Shown here: positions 63,557-64,000 of the stretch, in pieces
How positions within the stretch are numbered: the stretch's first letter is position 1
Layout of the letters: each line of letters starts with the position of its first letter
Source: a virus
Length of the DNA stretch: 64,000 nucleotides
Direction: 5' to 3' (one strand)
Virus record (IMG/VR): IMGVR_UViG_3300044971_004534
Made by a program: the position numbers and the translations under genes
Notes under the pieces: model-generated
The model's database searches: none
The model's input: the letters and a program-made list of their open reading frames with translations, nothing else
What the model was told of the DNA's origin: nothing

Positions 63557-64000
63557 ATGAATATATTTGATGTAGCAAAAGCGCTTTCTGGAATATCTCA
63601 AAAACTAATACCTAAAGATGTCCCTAGTCATGGACTTCTTTCACTTATTATCAAAGAAAGCCGCACTTTTTTAGCAGTTTATACTGACAAGTTTTCTTGC
63701 CTTGTTCCCATAGATATTAAACACAATGCTCCAGCTGATTTAGAGTGCATGGTTGATGGAAGACTTTTGTCTAAATTTATTAATAAATCTAAATCTACAG
63801 ACGTAGTAGTTGAATTTCTATTTAACGTCGAGGGTGTTCCGTCTTCTATAAAAATATCTAGTGGGTCTAATACAAACGTTTCAATACCTCTTTCTCAGCC
63901 AGTGAGTTCTATAAAGAACAAAAAGCTATGTAAAGAGTGTGTGGAAATTAACACAGCTTCTTTTGCTTCAGTAATTAAGAGTACTGTATTTGCTGGATCT
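63557..64000 (+). CDS. Sliding-clamp (DnaN-like) candidate, 3' end outside the window
   Basis: I translated the frame by hand from the ATG at 63557 to the window end and found no stop. LLSLIIKESRTFLAVYTD, RLLSKFINKSKSTDVVVEF, IKISSGSNTNVSIPL and FASVIKSTVFAGS follow the domain-I pattern of the beta clamp. The gene sits after the clamp loader. It is not in the ORF track because it has no stop in the window. Confidence 0.45.
   Translation, partial: MNIFDVAKALSGISQKLIPKDVPSHGLLSLIIKESRTFLAVYTDKFSCLVPIDIKHNAPADLECMVDGRLLSKFINKSKSTDVVVEFLFNVEGVPSSIKISSGSNTNVSIPLSQPVSSIKNKKLCKECVEINTASFASVIKSTVFAGS

Noticed and set aside
1-64000. Alternative genetic code or stop-codon reassignment, as seen in some very large phages.
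   Set aside because: ORFs of 12-14 kb are uninterrupted, and all recognisable proteins end at the expected lengths under the standard code.
1-64000. A eukaryotic giant-virus origin, suggested by the RCC1, Kelch, Myb-like and sialic-acid genes.
   Set aside because: The window has Shine-Dalgarno sites, ATGA/TAATG coupling and a rho-independent terminator. It also encodes bacterial-type DnaB, DnaG, DnaE, DnaX and RecA, a sigma-70 factor and IF-3. These point to a bacterial virus or element.

Overview
AT-rich, very gene-dense window. Every credible gene is on the + strand, and many neighbours overlap by ATGA or TAATG, which suggests translational coupling. The standard genetic code fits, since the giant ORFs are uninterrupted. 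The content looks like part of a large (jumbo-type) dsDNA bacteriophage or phage-like element of an AT-rich, Shine-Dalgarno-using bacterium. All family assignments were made by eye from motifs; no database search was possible. Layout: (i) nt 3-27762 is a coupled three-gene block. It holds two giant mosaic surface or fibre-like proteins: one over 4,760 aa and cut by the window edge, one of 3,994 aa. Their parts include poly-Ser linkers, Cys-bracketed dockerin-like modules, a tailspike-type beta-helix, RCC1, WD40-like and Kelch propellers, and LamG and PPC domains. (ii) 27785-30352 encodes three glycosyltransferases. (iii) 30336-51657 is a replication, recombination and nucleotide module. It contains a Myb-like metallophosphoesterase, a UvsW-like helicase, a full-length IF-3 homologue, a DnaC-like loader, DnaB, a DnaG split into two distant genes, a DnaE split into two overlapping ORFs, a gp32-like SSB, RecA, a Cas4-like nuclease, a SpoVS-like protein, a glutaredoxin-like protein and UvrD. 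(iv) 51617-56699 is a nonulosonic (sialic-acid-like) sugar module: two Maf/DUF115-like putative transferases, NeuA-like, NeuB-like, a KdsC-type phosphatase and a GT1. (v) 56678-60916 holds small genes of unknown function and the only strong intrinsic terminator. (vi) 60923-64000 encodes a dNMP kinase, a clamp loader, a sigma factor and the start of a sliding-clamp-like gene. I recognised no rRNA, tRNA, CRISPR array, integrase or transposase. The most interesting hypothesis links the giant poly-Ser/dockerin-like fibre proteins, the adjacent glycosyltransferases and the phage-borne nonulosonic-acid/Maf-like module into one virion-surface glycoconjugate system.
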